Positions 18,055 through 27,250 of a stretch of DNA of 64,000 nucleotides are shown here, piece after piece. The stretch's first letter is position 1, and each line of letters begins with the position of its first letter. The notes under the pieces are model-generated. The model was not told the DNA's origin, searched no databases, and worked only from the letters and a program-made list of their open reading frames with translations. The DNA is from Chitinivibrionales bacterium (lineage in GTDB: Bacteria; Fibrobacterota; Chitinivibrionia; Chitinivibrionales; WJKA01). Made by a program: the position numbers and the translations under genes. The stretch is from assembly GCA_038247415.1 (NCBI GenBank), contig JBBRUX010000002.1, positions 32,001 through 96,000 on the forward strand, written 5' to 3'.

Positions 18055-19274
18055 GGCAACCAGCCCCTCGGATTAAGGGCATCGGTTGATCTGCGCACTT
18101 CAAAATGCAGAATCCCACTCGCCGAAAGCGTTCCCATGCTCTGATGAGCCGTCACTTTGGCATCACGCTCTACCTCTATTTTGTCCAGATGCGCATAAAT
18201 GGTTATAACATCACTATGGTCAATCATAACAAAATTGCCAAGCCCGCGCATAGACCCAACATACGCAACAACACCCGCTCCCGCTGCGCCAACAATGGCA
18301 CCCGCCGACGCCTTGATATCAATGCCATTATTCATGGTTATGGTATTATAAACAGGGTGTACCTTTTTCCCAAACTCTTCTATAACCGTTCCGCTAACCG
18401 GCCAGGCCAATAAACGAGCGGGCGAAACCTTTTCGACCACTTCGGTTTTTTTCTTGACAGTTTGTATATTCTGCTTTACAGAGGCCCGTTTACGAAGCAG
18501 TTGTGTTACTAGCGCACCAATCTGCTTTTCGGCCATTTCGAGCTGGGCTATTGAAGCGAGATACGCATCTTTTTCTGCCCTAATGTTAACAATTAGTTTT
18601 TCTCTACCCTTTTTTTGCTCCACCAAAGATTGCTGATGCGCAACTTTTACTACTTTATATCCATCCAATGTTTTTTTGCGATGCGAAACGGAATCTTTAC
18701 GTGCTACGATATCGCGCCGAGAACTATCTATCGCAAAAAGCATAGCCTGATCATACGCCGCAAGATCATTAAAATAGCGAACACGATTAAACAAATCGGT
18801 AACCGACGTTGATCGCGTGAGAAGATCGAAAATGCTTTTTTCTTCGAAATGAGGATAGCCGCTATTCTGATACATTGTTCTTAAACGTACCTTCATAATT
18901 TCTTGACGTTTAGCTAGCCTTTGCTCTGCAGAATGTACCGAATCGGATAATATACCAATATGAACACCCAGCGTATCGATAGCATGGGACAATGCAAAAA
19001 CATAGTTTGTGGTGGTAGTAAGATTGATATCGATCTGACCAAGCTGAGCAACTGAACTGCCTTCTCGAATCTTAAGATCGGCCAGCTTAGATTTACCAAG
19101 CTCAAGCGCTGTTTTGATAGAATCTAATTGACGATTGCGATCTTTGATTTTTCCTTCATACTCATCGGAGACGGTTTTTGAGCGCCCCGATTGCTTTTCA
19201 GCAGCATTCACGCAAAAAACCACAAGAAGACTTAGGATAAAAATTTGCGCACAGCGCCAAGACTTCCAATGCAC
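18051..19274 (-). CDS. envC: EnvC-like murein hydrolase activator (coiled coil + degenerate M23/LytM domain)
   Basis: Long coiled coil, then LAWPVSG, FGKKVHP, NNGIDI, YAHLD and LHFEVR, with the Zn ligands partly lost. It lies directly downstream of ftsX. The start is uncertain: GTG 19274 is plausible, the ORF track gives 19400. Confidence 0.75.
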   Translation of the reverse strand: MHWKSWRCAQIFILSLLVVFCVNAAEKQSGRSKTVSDEYEGKIKDRNRQLDSIKTALELGKSKLADLKIREGSSVAQLGQIDINLTTTTNYVFALSHAIDTLGVHIGILSDSVHSAEQRLAKRQEIMKVRLRTMYQNSGYPHFEEKSIFDLLTRSTSVTDLFNRVRYFNDLAAYDQAMLFAIDSSRRDIVARKDSVSHRKKTLDGYKVVKVAHQQSLVEQKKGREKLIVNIRAEKDAYLASIAQLEMAEKQIGALVTQLLRKRASVKQNIQTVKKKTEVVEKVSPARLLAWPVSGTVIEEFGKKVHPVYNTITMNNGIDIKASAGAIVGAAGAGVVAYVGSMRGLGNFVMIDHSDVITIYAHLDKIEVERDAKVTAHQSMGTLSASGILHFEVRRSTDALNPRGWLP

Positions 19275-20086
19275 CCGGAAACGACCCCCACAGAAAGTAT
19301 GATTGTCGGAATTAAAAGACCACCCCACACCAGAGGAACACCCTGTAGTGCAAAGCGCACAATTACCAGAGCAATAAGAGCAACACAGGCCCCCAAGCAC
19401 CCTTGTACAATACCTTCCATTATAAAAGGGCCCCTAATAAAAAACCCCGTGGCCCCAACAAAGTGCATATTAATAACCAGTTCTTTGCGTCCATAAATAG
19501 TAAGTTTAATAGTATTAGCAATCATAAAAATGAGGATACAAAAAATGACTATTGCAATAATAATAATTGCTGAACCAAAGCTTTTATGCAATTTTTGTAG
19601 CCTATCGATGTAAGTTCGACTATACTGAACAGATTCGATATCAGGTGTTTCATTGAGGCTCTTGACAAGAGTATCGATAGCAGCAAGTGTTTTTCCCTGA
19701 GTGGTTACTACTACTTCCAAAGAGGCGGGAAAGGGGTTATTATCAACCGACGACAACATGCTTGTGCCATACATTGTAGCAAATCGATCCCATGCCATTT
19801 TTTTAGTGATTAATCGTACAGTGTCAACCCCTTGCAAAGTACGAACGTGCTTCAATGCTTGCTGGCTTAAAAGAGTATCGTCAGATGCTCGATCGTTGCA
19901 ATACAGCGTAATGGTGCCGGAATAGGATGCAATCGAAACCCATTTTTCTACCGTAAGATAGGCAGCACAACAGATCCCCAGAAAAAAAAGGGCAGAACCA
20001 ATAGTTCCAATTGACACAACCGTCAAAAGACGAGCACCAATAAGACCCCGAAAAGCTTCGGTAAGAAAGTAGATTACTGTTCGCAC
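19232..20086 (-). CDS. ftsX: Cell division permease-like protein FtsX
   Basis: YFLTEAFRG, NNPFPASLEV, IANTIKLTIYGRKEL...VGATGFFIRGPFIMEG. Confidence 0.9.
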   Translation of the reverse strand: MRTVIYFLTEAFRGLIGARLLTVVSIGTIGSALFFLGICCAAYLTVEKWVSIASYSGTITLYCNDRASDDTLLSQQALKHVRTLQGVDTVRLITKKMAWDRFATMYGTSMLSSVDNNPFPASLEVVVTTQGKTLAAIDTLVKSLNETPDIESVQYSRTYIDRLQKLHKSFGSAIIIIAIVIFCILIFMIANTIKLTIYGRKELVINMHFVGATGFFIRGPFIMEGIVQGCLGACVALIALVIVRFALQGVPLVWGGLLIPTIILSVGVVSGCIGSLGAVRKFLS

Positions 20087-20111
20087 GCGGAATTTCTTGT
20101 TAAGTACTTAT

Positions 20112-22250
20112 TTAAAATTCAGTATCGGTTCCTGTAAGTTGGCTTTGATTCCATAACTTAATAGAAAGAACCCCTGTTAGATTTGTCGAATACCCCACAT
20201 CTCCATCGTAAAGCCCCCCAAGTGTTGCACTACCCTTATATGCAGGGGAACATTGAAGGTCGATCGATGTTACTTCTATTACGCCAGTGGTGGTAGTAAA
20301 CGAACCAAAAAAGCCACCTTCTCGAGGAACTTTCAAATTTAATGTATAGGCCCTCTTCAAAGCTGTGTTTGCAAATGATATTTCCTTAATTCTGCTTACT
20401 GCCGGCCATGCAATACGGGATAACGTTGATCCCGATACGAGCGCAGGTGTGAAAATAATCGAATCTGCCCGTAGTATAATTTCCGCAGAATCCTGCACTT
20501 TACCATAGCCCCCAATCATCAAGGTCCCCAAACCTTTTGCATCAAAGGTACCTGTTGCTATTCGATACCCATTTTTTAATGTTGTAGAAAGCTCGAGTGA
20601 ATCGGATACAACACATCCACCATTGGTCTGTGGCGTTATGCTTCCATGATAATCAAACCCCAGCGCAAGGCGCGTTGGCGAAGAATAACGAATAGCTCCT
20701 GACACAAGATCTTTGATATAAATAATGCCTAAAGAGTCTTTGTTGGACCCAAGCCAAAAATAGCGTACGGTATCTCCTGCGGTACTTCTTGACCAAACGC
20801 TCGATTTTGAGCGAAAGAGTGGTTGAGCTCCACCATAAAAAAGGTTACACACAGAAGGCCCCGCATTAGGCGCTGTCATGTTCTGAAACTTTTGAGGAAT
20901 TGTTGGGGTATAATTCCACACCGCAGAATCCAGCGGAAGCGTATCTGCGGTGAGATATTTAAAATAGTCGGTACGCTTAAGTGAAGAACATACTATCTGA
21001 TTGGTATCCCACGTTGCATCATGCTTAACAGAAAAATAAATCCGGGAGCTGTCGTAGCCTTCTAAAAACTGATCTACCGCAGGATCTTTGGTACTATGCC
21101 GAACAAGGGTAGAAAGCAGCGCCGTCGAATCGGTTATCATCGAAACAACATATTCATTATAGTTTGTGCTCAGGCCATTTTCACGACGAGTGAGTGCTGT
21201 TAGCCGAGGTTTTGTAAGGCTTGTAATTTGTTGTGAATAATCGAGAAAAATAGGAACACTTATGCCCGATTGTGCAGAGCCAACTGTACCGTTTGTTAAT
21301 ACTCGAATAGTTTGCACACTATCGGTAAAAATATAAACAACCCCATCAATCTCAAGCGTACCATTTATTGTGCGAGCAGAATCTGCAAATACTACCGTCG
21401 ATACTGCGCTTCCTTTTTTGAGCGTATCGGCCATAGAAAATACGCGCGACCCTGCCAGTATAGTCCATGGTAATCCTGTTGTATCAATCTCGCGTGTCAC
21501 ATGTTGAACACGTTCTCCAAAACTTGGATCTACGCTTCGCACAACTTCTTGAGCTACATTTTTAAGTATACGCATGCTGCGTTGAGTAAACGATGTGGTC
21601 CCGCTTTTTTGTATGGTTTGCGTTTTAACAATAAGCGACAAAATACAGGCATTAACCGTAGTGTCGGATCCTGTATATATTTCGGTATCTGCAATAGCTG
21701 TGGATTGTGCCCCTAAAAGAGTTCTGATCCGCCACAGAGTATCGATGCGTACCCACGCGGATGCCAAGAGACCCGACTTTTTATAATGACCAACCATCGT
21801 ATCTTTTACGGTATTAAATACCGAATCGGCTTTTGTTATCGCATAGCGAAAACTAACGGTATCATCCGCATAGGCAGAATCTACCAGAGAATCTGTCAAG
21901 ATAGTGGAAAAGGGAGCATACCGATTCAGGCTCCCTTTTGATGAATCGACAAGAGCTTTATAAAAATTGATACATTCTGGTAGGGCCGGATTTAAAGGAA
22001 CAAGATTGGTACTTGGTAAATCGGAAACAACTCTATCAAAAGAAAATGTTTGAAGTGCATTCTTGATATCGCTTAAAACTTCTAAGGGTCGCAGAACCGA
22101 AAGTAGATCGGACACAACGGTAATACCGCGCTCTCCAAGTTGGGGCCGTAATGGTGGCTTTTCGGGATTTGCGCATGATACTAAAATTATGGCAGTAATA
22201 CTAACGGCACAGAGCTTTACGGCTCTGTAAGATCCCATTTTTTTTTGCAT
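20112..22250 (-). CDS. Large hypothetical lipoprotein, Ser/Thr/Asp-rich and beta-rich
   Basis: 712 aa ORF with a lipobox-like IILVSC, in an operon between the LppC-like gene and ftsX. Confidence 0.65.
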   Translation of the reverse strand: MQKKMGSYRAVKLCAVSITAIILVSCANPEKPPLRPQLGERGITVVSDLLSVLRPLEVLSDIKNALQTFSFDRVVSDLPSTNLVPLNPALPECINFYKALVDSSKGSLNRYAPFSTILTDSLVDSAYADDTVSFRYAITKADSVFNTVKDTMVGHYKKSGLLASAWVRIDTLWRIRTLLGAQSTAIADTEIYTGSDTTVNACILSLIVKTQTIQKSGTTSFTQRSMRILKNVAQEVVRSVDPSFGERVQHVTREIDTTGLPWTILAGSRVFSMADTLKKGSAVSTVVFADSARTINGTLEIDGVVYIFTDSVQTIRVLTNGTVGSAQSGISVPIFLDYSQQITSLTKPRLTALTRRENGLSTNYNEYVVSMITDSTALLSTLVRHSTKDPAVDQFLEGYDSSRIYFSVKHDATWDTNQIVCSSLKRTDYFKYLTADTLPLDSAVWNYTPTIPQKFQNMTAPNAGPSVCNLFYGGAQPLFRSKSSVWSRSTAGDTVRYFWLGSNKDSLGIIYIKDLVSGAIRYSSPTRLALGFDYHGSITPQTNGGCVVSDSLELSTTLKNGYRIATGTFDAKGLGTLMIGGYGKVQDSAEIILRADSIIFTPALVSGSTLSRIAWPAVSRIKEISFANTALKRAYTLNLKVPREGGFFGSFTTTTGVIEVTSIDLQCSPAYKGSATLGGLYDGDVGYSTNLTGVLSIKLWNQSQLTGTDTEF

Positions 22251-22274
22251 ACCTATCCTTATTATACCGGTTAT

Positions 22275-24050
22275 TTACTGTATCGGAACAAATTGTTTAT
22301 TTGCTATTTTTAAAATTGCGGCAGCCTGATTTGCGCCATTTTTTCCCGAAAAGGAGACCCGGCCGGCAACACCCTGATAATCTCGTAAGGAAAGCAATGC
22401 GCGTGAGAGCTTTGCAGGATCAACTTTGCCCCCACCGTTACCCAAGGCTTCGGAAACAATCATCACGGCATCATAGCCCAAGGCAGCAATACGATCGGGG
22501 TCTTGTTTATATTTCGTTTTGTAAGCAGATTTAAATTCTTGCGCAGCGGGCGTTGTGGGCACAGGATAATCCGATGCAATAAGTGCATTATTAACATAAT
22601 CACCACCATTAGCCAGTACTTTAGGAGAATGCCACCCATTGGCCCCCAGCATTTGCGTGCGAATTTTATAATAATATGCCTGCGCTGCAAGCATTACTGC
22701 ATCTTCGGCTTCGGATGGGATAAAAAGCCCTCCAAGAGACATGGTTGTATCTGCCAAGTAAAGACTATCGGCTCTCCGTAGTTTTCCCGAAGGGCTCTTG
22801 CTCGTGCGTACATAAAACATCTGCGATCGAAGCGATTCGAATTGTGCCCTAAAATCGGTTGTTCCTTCTATATATGTTTCGGTTGCGATAATGGTTGCTC
22901 CTAAACGAAGTGCCTCTGCTTTAAAAGAATTGGCAAGTTCGGTACCGTAAGCGGATGATGGTGCAATAATTGCAAATTCCCGGATAGTAAGATTCTGTAT
23001 CGCATACCGCGCCAGTGAAGACCCTAGCGCCCCAAGTGTAGTGTTTACTAAAAAGACCGACGACGAAAGCTCAGCAATGCCATCGTCGGTTGCTGTTGGC
23101 GAAAGCATTACTGCATTATTGCCACACGCAAGAATTGATGCAGAAATTACCGCATCGGATGATAGCATTGGGCCAATAAGAATTTTAATACGATCCTTAT
23201 TGACAACTGCCAATGTCTGATTTGCGCACTCAAGCGGGGAGCTTTTGGTATCCCGTTCAATAATACGAAGCGGTATCGATCGTGTTGCATTGGCTTTTTC
23301 TAATCCAATCATTGCACCTTGCATAATAGATCTTCCAATGTCGTTATCAGCTCCGGTAAGTGGCGCCAAAAGGGCAAGGGGAATACTGCGCGAGGTATCT
23401 TCTTCAATAGTTTCAGGCATCGCCACAGCAGGCAGCTGATATCTCGATCGCGGATACCGTTGCTTAAAAAGCACGATCAAATCGTTCATTTTTTCAGTTT
23501 TGCCATTTTTTTCCTGCTTTAAAATATCGAAATAATCGATAATTTCTCGCATTAAACCATTGAGCGAACCATTATTACGAATACCATCAAAAACTGGCTG
23601 CATATACACATCATTACAAATTCCAAAGGTGCTCTTAACACAGAGGGAATCGAGGGCTGCACTTGCATGAGTGCCAAGTGCAAGCGAAAACGTATTCATT
23701 GCAAGCCCAGGATTTTTTTGCTGATATGCGGCATATCCTGCGCAATAATACATTCTCCCCATAAATGGCGAGGCTGCATATTTTTTCTTGTATAAATCAT
23801 AAAGCTTAAGAGTTGTTGCTCCGTCACCTTTACGAATAAGAGATTCACATAACAAAGGAATAAGTTGCTCGTTTGCAGGATGCTTTCCATTCGCACGCAC
23901 GAACTCAAAAATGGTAGCGGCTGCATCATCATAGCGGCTATCCCGATACATCTGTTGGGCTTTATTTAAAACATCGGTTGCATCTTGCGCGTAAACGGTC
24001 GCAATACTGCAACAGAGCAGCGCAACTCCGGTAATAACCTTACGAATCAT
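22275..24050 (-). CDS. TPR-repeat + type I periplasmic-binding-fold protein (LppC/LpoA-like or ABC substrate-binding)
   Basis: Signal peptide, helical TPR-like N-terminal half, then IPLALLAPLTG, LIGPMLS, SPTAT, YGTELANSF, DFRAQ, ALGYDA and YQGVAGRVSF. Confidence 0.75.
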   Translation of the reverse strand: MIRKVITGVALLCCSIATVYAQDATDVLNKAQQMYRDSRYDDAAATIFEFVRANGKHPANEQLIPLLCESLIRKGDGATTLKLYDLYKKKYAASPFMGRMYYCAGYAAYQQKNPGLAMNTFSLALGTHASAALDSLCVKSTFGICNDVYMQPVFDGIRNNGSLNGLMREIIDYFDILKQEKNGKTEKMNDLIVLFKQRYPRSRYQLPAVAMPETIEEDTSRSIPLALLAPLTGADNDIGRSIMQGAMIGLEKANATRSIPLRIIERDTKSSPLECANQTLAVVNKDRIKILIGPMLSSDAVISASILACGNNAVMLSPTATDDGIAELSSSVFLVNTTLGALGSSLARYAIQNLTIREFAIIAPSSAYGTELANSFKAEALRLGATIIATETYIEGTTDFRAQFESLRSQMFYVRTSKSPSGKLRRADSLYLADTTMSLGGLFIPSEAEDAVMLAAQAYYYKIRTQMLGANGWHSPKVLANGGDYVNNALIASDYPVPTTPAAQEFKSAYKTKYKQDPDRIAALGYDAVMIVSEALGNGGGKVDPAKLSRALLSLRDYQGVAGRVSFSGKNGANQAAAILKIANKQFVPIQ

Positions 24051-24054
24051 ATGC

Positions 24055-24543
24055 TTACTCCTGATAATAGGTACCAAATTCGAGAGTATCTCGTGAAGAT
24101 ATAAAATTTTGCAGCTCTACTGCATCGGAACTTTGCAACAGATCTCGTACTTCATACAATAAAAAGAGCGCCTCAGAAATGTAGAGAGTCTTTTTAGTAC
24201 GAAGCGCTAAAGCAAAAGCATCGGGATAGCGGCATACAATCCACTGAGTTGCTCCGCTTGGTGCCATAACCTCGATACGCGCGCCACCAAGAGCAGAAGA
24301 ACAATCAACAATTATTATTCTTTTAATCTGGATATCGGCAAGCAAACACAAGGTTTTTGCAAGATCAACCGAGAGTGAACCCTCTGCACACGTTTCCGAA
24401 AGAGCCATTGCTATTGCATTGATATCCAAAGGACTACACGTTATTTTCGCTTGTCGCAGTCCAATAGTTTCTCTCATCAAAATTAAAGGCATGCCATTTT
24501 GAACATCTAAGGAAAATTGTAGAATTTCTATAGGAACAAGCAT
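24055..24543 (-). CDS. Divergent bifunctional-nuclease (DUF151) family protein
   Basis: Overall layout PLILMRE...AIAMAL...SVDL...DAFALALR...LYISEAL. The canonical RPLTHDL and DxRPSD motifs are degenerate. Confidence 0.55.
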   Translation of the reverse strand: MLVPIEILQFSLDVQNGMPLILMRETIGLRQAKITCSPLDINAIAMALSETCAEGSLSVDLAKTLCLLADIQIKRIIIVDCSSALGGARIEVMAPSGATQWIVCRYPDAFALALRTKKTLYISEALFLLYEVRDLLQSSDAVELQNFISSRDTLEFGTYYQE

Positions 24544-24797
24544 AGATGTTTCCTGGATATCTTAACTCTAGTGCACGCGTTCTTAATACATTATTATAAT
24601 GCACATAAAAATAATCAATGGCTCTATTTTTGCCTTTTCTAAATACTCGATTGAAAATGAGAGTTGCCACTATTTAGGATCGATACAGCCCCCAATTTAT
24701 TTTCTACTACCAAGAGAAATACCAGATCCTTTGCTAAAACTCTCAGATTTGGCTATATATCTCAAATTTTCCCGATTCTTTTTAAAGGAGCTTTGTA

Positions 24798-25913
24798 ATG
24801 GTACGGGTAGGATTTGTTGGCTGGCGGGGTATGGTTGGATCGGTTCTCATGGAACGCATGGTAGCCGAAAAAGATTTTACTGGGTTTGAACCCGTTTTTT
24901 TCTCAACCTCAAATAGCGGTGGCGATGCTCCAACGTTTGCCGCAACCACAGGAAAACTTGCCGACGCCTACGATATAGCTCTCCTCTGTAAACTTGACAT
25001 TGTTGTAACGTGCCAAGGTGGGGATTATACCAATGCGGTATACGAAAAAGTTATGGCCGCAGGATTTAAAGGATATTGGATTGATGCTGCAAGTGCCCTT
25101 CGCATGCGCGACAATGCCATTATCGTGCTCGATCCTGTCAATCGCGCGCTTATCGATAATGGTTTGCATAGTGGCATTAACACCTATGTTGGCGGAAACT
25201 GTACCGTAAGCTTGATGCTCATGGCGCTTCAGGGCCTCTTTCAAGCCAATCTTATTGAATGGCTTTCTAGTATGACGTATCAGGCAGCTTCTGGTGCTGG
25301 TGCTAAAAACATGATTGAACTAGTGCGACAAATGAGCGTGCTCGTTGATGCATCAAAACCTATCTTAAACGATCCTTCTCAAAATGCGCTTGCCTTAGAT
25401 GCCTGTGTAACGGCAACGCTGCGCGATAGTTCGTTTCCAACCCAAAACTTTGGTGCTCCCCTTGCAGCCAGCTTAATCCCCTGGATCGACAAGGCTCTTG
25501 ACAATGGACAAACAAAAGAAGAGTGGAAAGGCATTGCCGAAACCAATAAAATTCTTGGTACGAAACAAATCATTCCGGTTGATGGAGAATGTGTACGCGT
25601 CAGTGCCATGCGTTGTCATAGTCAAGGGCTTACCATAAAGCTTACTAAAGATGTGCCGCTCGATGAAATCAATAGCATTATTGCCTCGGCAAATAAGTGG
25701 GTATCCGTAGTACCCAACACAAAAGAGGCTACGCTTGCCAAGCTTTCTCCTGCAGCAGTATCGGGTACCCTTACCGTACCAATAGGTCGTATGCGCAAAA
25801 TGAATATTGGCCCGCAGTATCTTACTGCCTTTACTGTTGGTGATCAGCTTTTATGGGGAGCTGCGGAACCAATTCGCAGAATACTTAACATTGTTCTCGA
25901 GCACAAAGGGTAA
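24798..25913 (+). CDS. asd: Aspartate-semialdehyde dehydrogenase (E. coli-like long type)
   Basis: [53 protein letters not shown] and [11 protein letters not shown]. Confidence 0.96.
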   Translation: MVRVGFVGWRGMVGSVLMERMVAEKDFTGFEPVFFSTSNSGGDAPTFAATTGKLADAYDIALLCKLDIVVTCQGGDYTNAVYEKVMAAGFKGYWIDAASALRMRDNAIIVLDPVNRALIDNGLHSGINTYVGGNCTVSLMLMALQGLFQANLIEWLSSMTYQAASGAGAKNMIELVRQMSVLVDASKPILNDPSQNALALDACVTATLRDSSFPTQNFGAPLAASLIPWIDKALDNGQTKEEWKGIAETNKILGTKQIIPVDGECVRVSAMRCHSQGLTIKLTKDVPLDEINSIIASANKWVSVVPNTKEATLAKLSPAAVSGTLTVPIGRMRKMNIGPQYLTAFTVGDQLLWGAAEPIRRILNIVLEHKG

Positions 25914-25914
25914 T

Positions 25915-26361
25915 ATGAGCGCAATTGGCGTTAAGCGACTTCCTCACGGAGAAGGGATGCCACTTCCCCCCCGTGCAACGGCTCTTTCGGCAGGATTTGA
26001 TCTTGCAGCTGCAATCGAATCCGACATCACCATTGCGCCCAATCAAAGAACGATTGTTCCAACTGGCTTAACATTAGAAATACCAGCAGGATATGAAGTG
26101 CAAGTGAGATCTCGATCCGGGCTTGCCGCAAAGCACGGTGTTTTTGTGCTCAATTCCCCGGGAACTATCGATGCAGATTATCGAGGCGAAGTAAAAGTTA
26201 TTCTCTTTAATTCGGGCGATTGTCCTTTTGTTATTAAACGCGGCGACAGAATTGCTCAGGCCGTTCCTGCCACAGTTGCGATAGACATCATATTTAAGGA
26301 ATCATCCGAATTGACACAAACAGAACGCGGGATAGGGGGTTTCGGCTCCAGCGGGATTTAA
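25915..26361 (+). CDS. dut: dUTP diphosphatase
   Basis: [34 protein letters not shown] and [10 protein letters not shown]. Start ATG 25915. Confidence 0.95.
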   Translation: MSAIGVKRLPHGEGMPLPPRATALSAGFDLAAAIESDITIAPNQRTIVPTGLTLEIPAGYEVQVRSRSGLAAKHGVFVLNSPGTIDADYRGEVKVILFNSGDCPFVIKRGDRIAQAVPATVAIDIIFKESSELTQTERGIGGFGSSGI

Positions 26362-26492
26362 ACTTCACTTTTATCAATGATCAAGGCTTTTCTCATGGAG
26401 ACCACATCTGCCGCAACACTTCCAGCTCTTTTTGTCGGCCATAGGTTCTTCTCTCTGCATTATGTTCAATTCGACTAACAAAGAAATACCTC

Positions 26493-27119
26493 ATGGAACT
26501 TAAAAAGCTTTTATCTTTTACAACCTTGTGGGGTGGCCTATCCGATACATCTCTGGACCAACTTACCACCATTGCCCTACCTAAAAACCTCAATCGTCAC
26601 GAAACACTTTTTCGCGAAAAAGACAAAGGCAGTGCTGTTTACATTCTCGGAAAAGGATCTATTGCTCTCACAAAAATTGGGGGCGAAGGAAAAGATGTTG
26701 CTATAAAAACAGTGGGCCCCGGAGAGGTTTTTGCCGAGGTAATTCTTTTTGAGCAAGATGTTTATCCTGTTACCGCAACAGCCCTTTGCGAATCGATTGT
26801 ATTTGTTTTACCAAAGAAGGATTTCCTCGCATTGCTTGCGAGCGAATCTTTTCGCAATGACTTCATTCGGTTTCTTATTCATAAACAACGCTACCTTACC
26901 GAGCGCTTGCGAAGTATCGCCTGTACCGATGTTCGCGAACGATTTTTATCCTACCTTAAAGACCATTACGCATCTCAAAAGCGTATTATTCCGGGATTAA
27001 CAAAAAAGGAATTCGCCGCAGCCATCCAAACCACCCCCGAAAGCCTATCTCGCCTTTTAACCAAACTAAAAGAAGAAAACGTTCTTGTTTGGAAAGGGAA
27101 TGGGATTAGTATTCTTTAG
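26493..27119 (+). CDS. Crp/Fnr-family transcriptional regulator
   Basis: cNMP domain (LFREKD, GPGEVFAE, YPVTATA) plus C-terminal HTH (LTKKEFAAAIQTTPESLSRLL). Confidence 0.9.
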   Translation: MELKKLLSFTTLWGGLSDTSLDQLTTIALPKNLNRHETLFREKDKGSAVYILGKGSIALTKIGGEGKDVAIKTVGPGEVFAEVILFEQDVYPVTATALCESIVFVLPKKDFLALLASESFRNDFIRFLIHKQRYLTERLRSIACTDVRERFLSYLKDHYASQKRIIPGLTKKEFAAAIQTTPESLSRLLTKLKEENVLVWKGNGISIL

Positions 27120-27250
27120 AAATTTGGTCGGGGGGCTTGCTAAGGAAAGCCATGGTTTTTGAATCGTTTATCATCCCATCGCAAAATGGGATTGATTTGT
27201 TTCTCTAGCCCAATGGTTGTGGGGATAGCGGGGGAATGGTTTACAAGCCC

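Noticed and set aside
25807..25914. Long N-terminal extensions in the ORF track (dut, hemW, envC, mnmE, parB, purF, methyltransferases)
   Set aside because: They overlap upstream genes or precede better SD-supported starts; treated as ORF-caller artefacts, not real overlaps.
26374..26460. Tiny Cys-containing minus-strand ORF MQREEPMADKKSWKCCGRCGLHEKSLDH, and a TTGAT-containing FNR-like site upstream of the Crp/Fnr gene
   Set aside because: Only 28 aa with no convincing SD. The putative box does not have the TTGAT-N4-ATCAA spacing.
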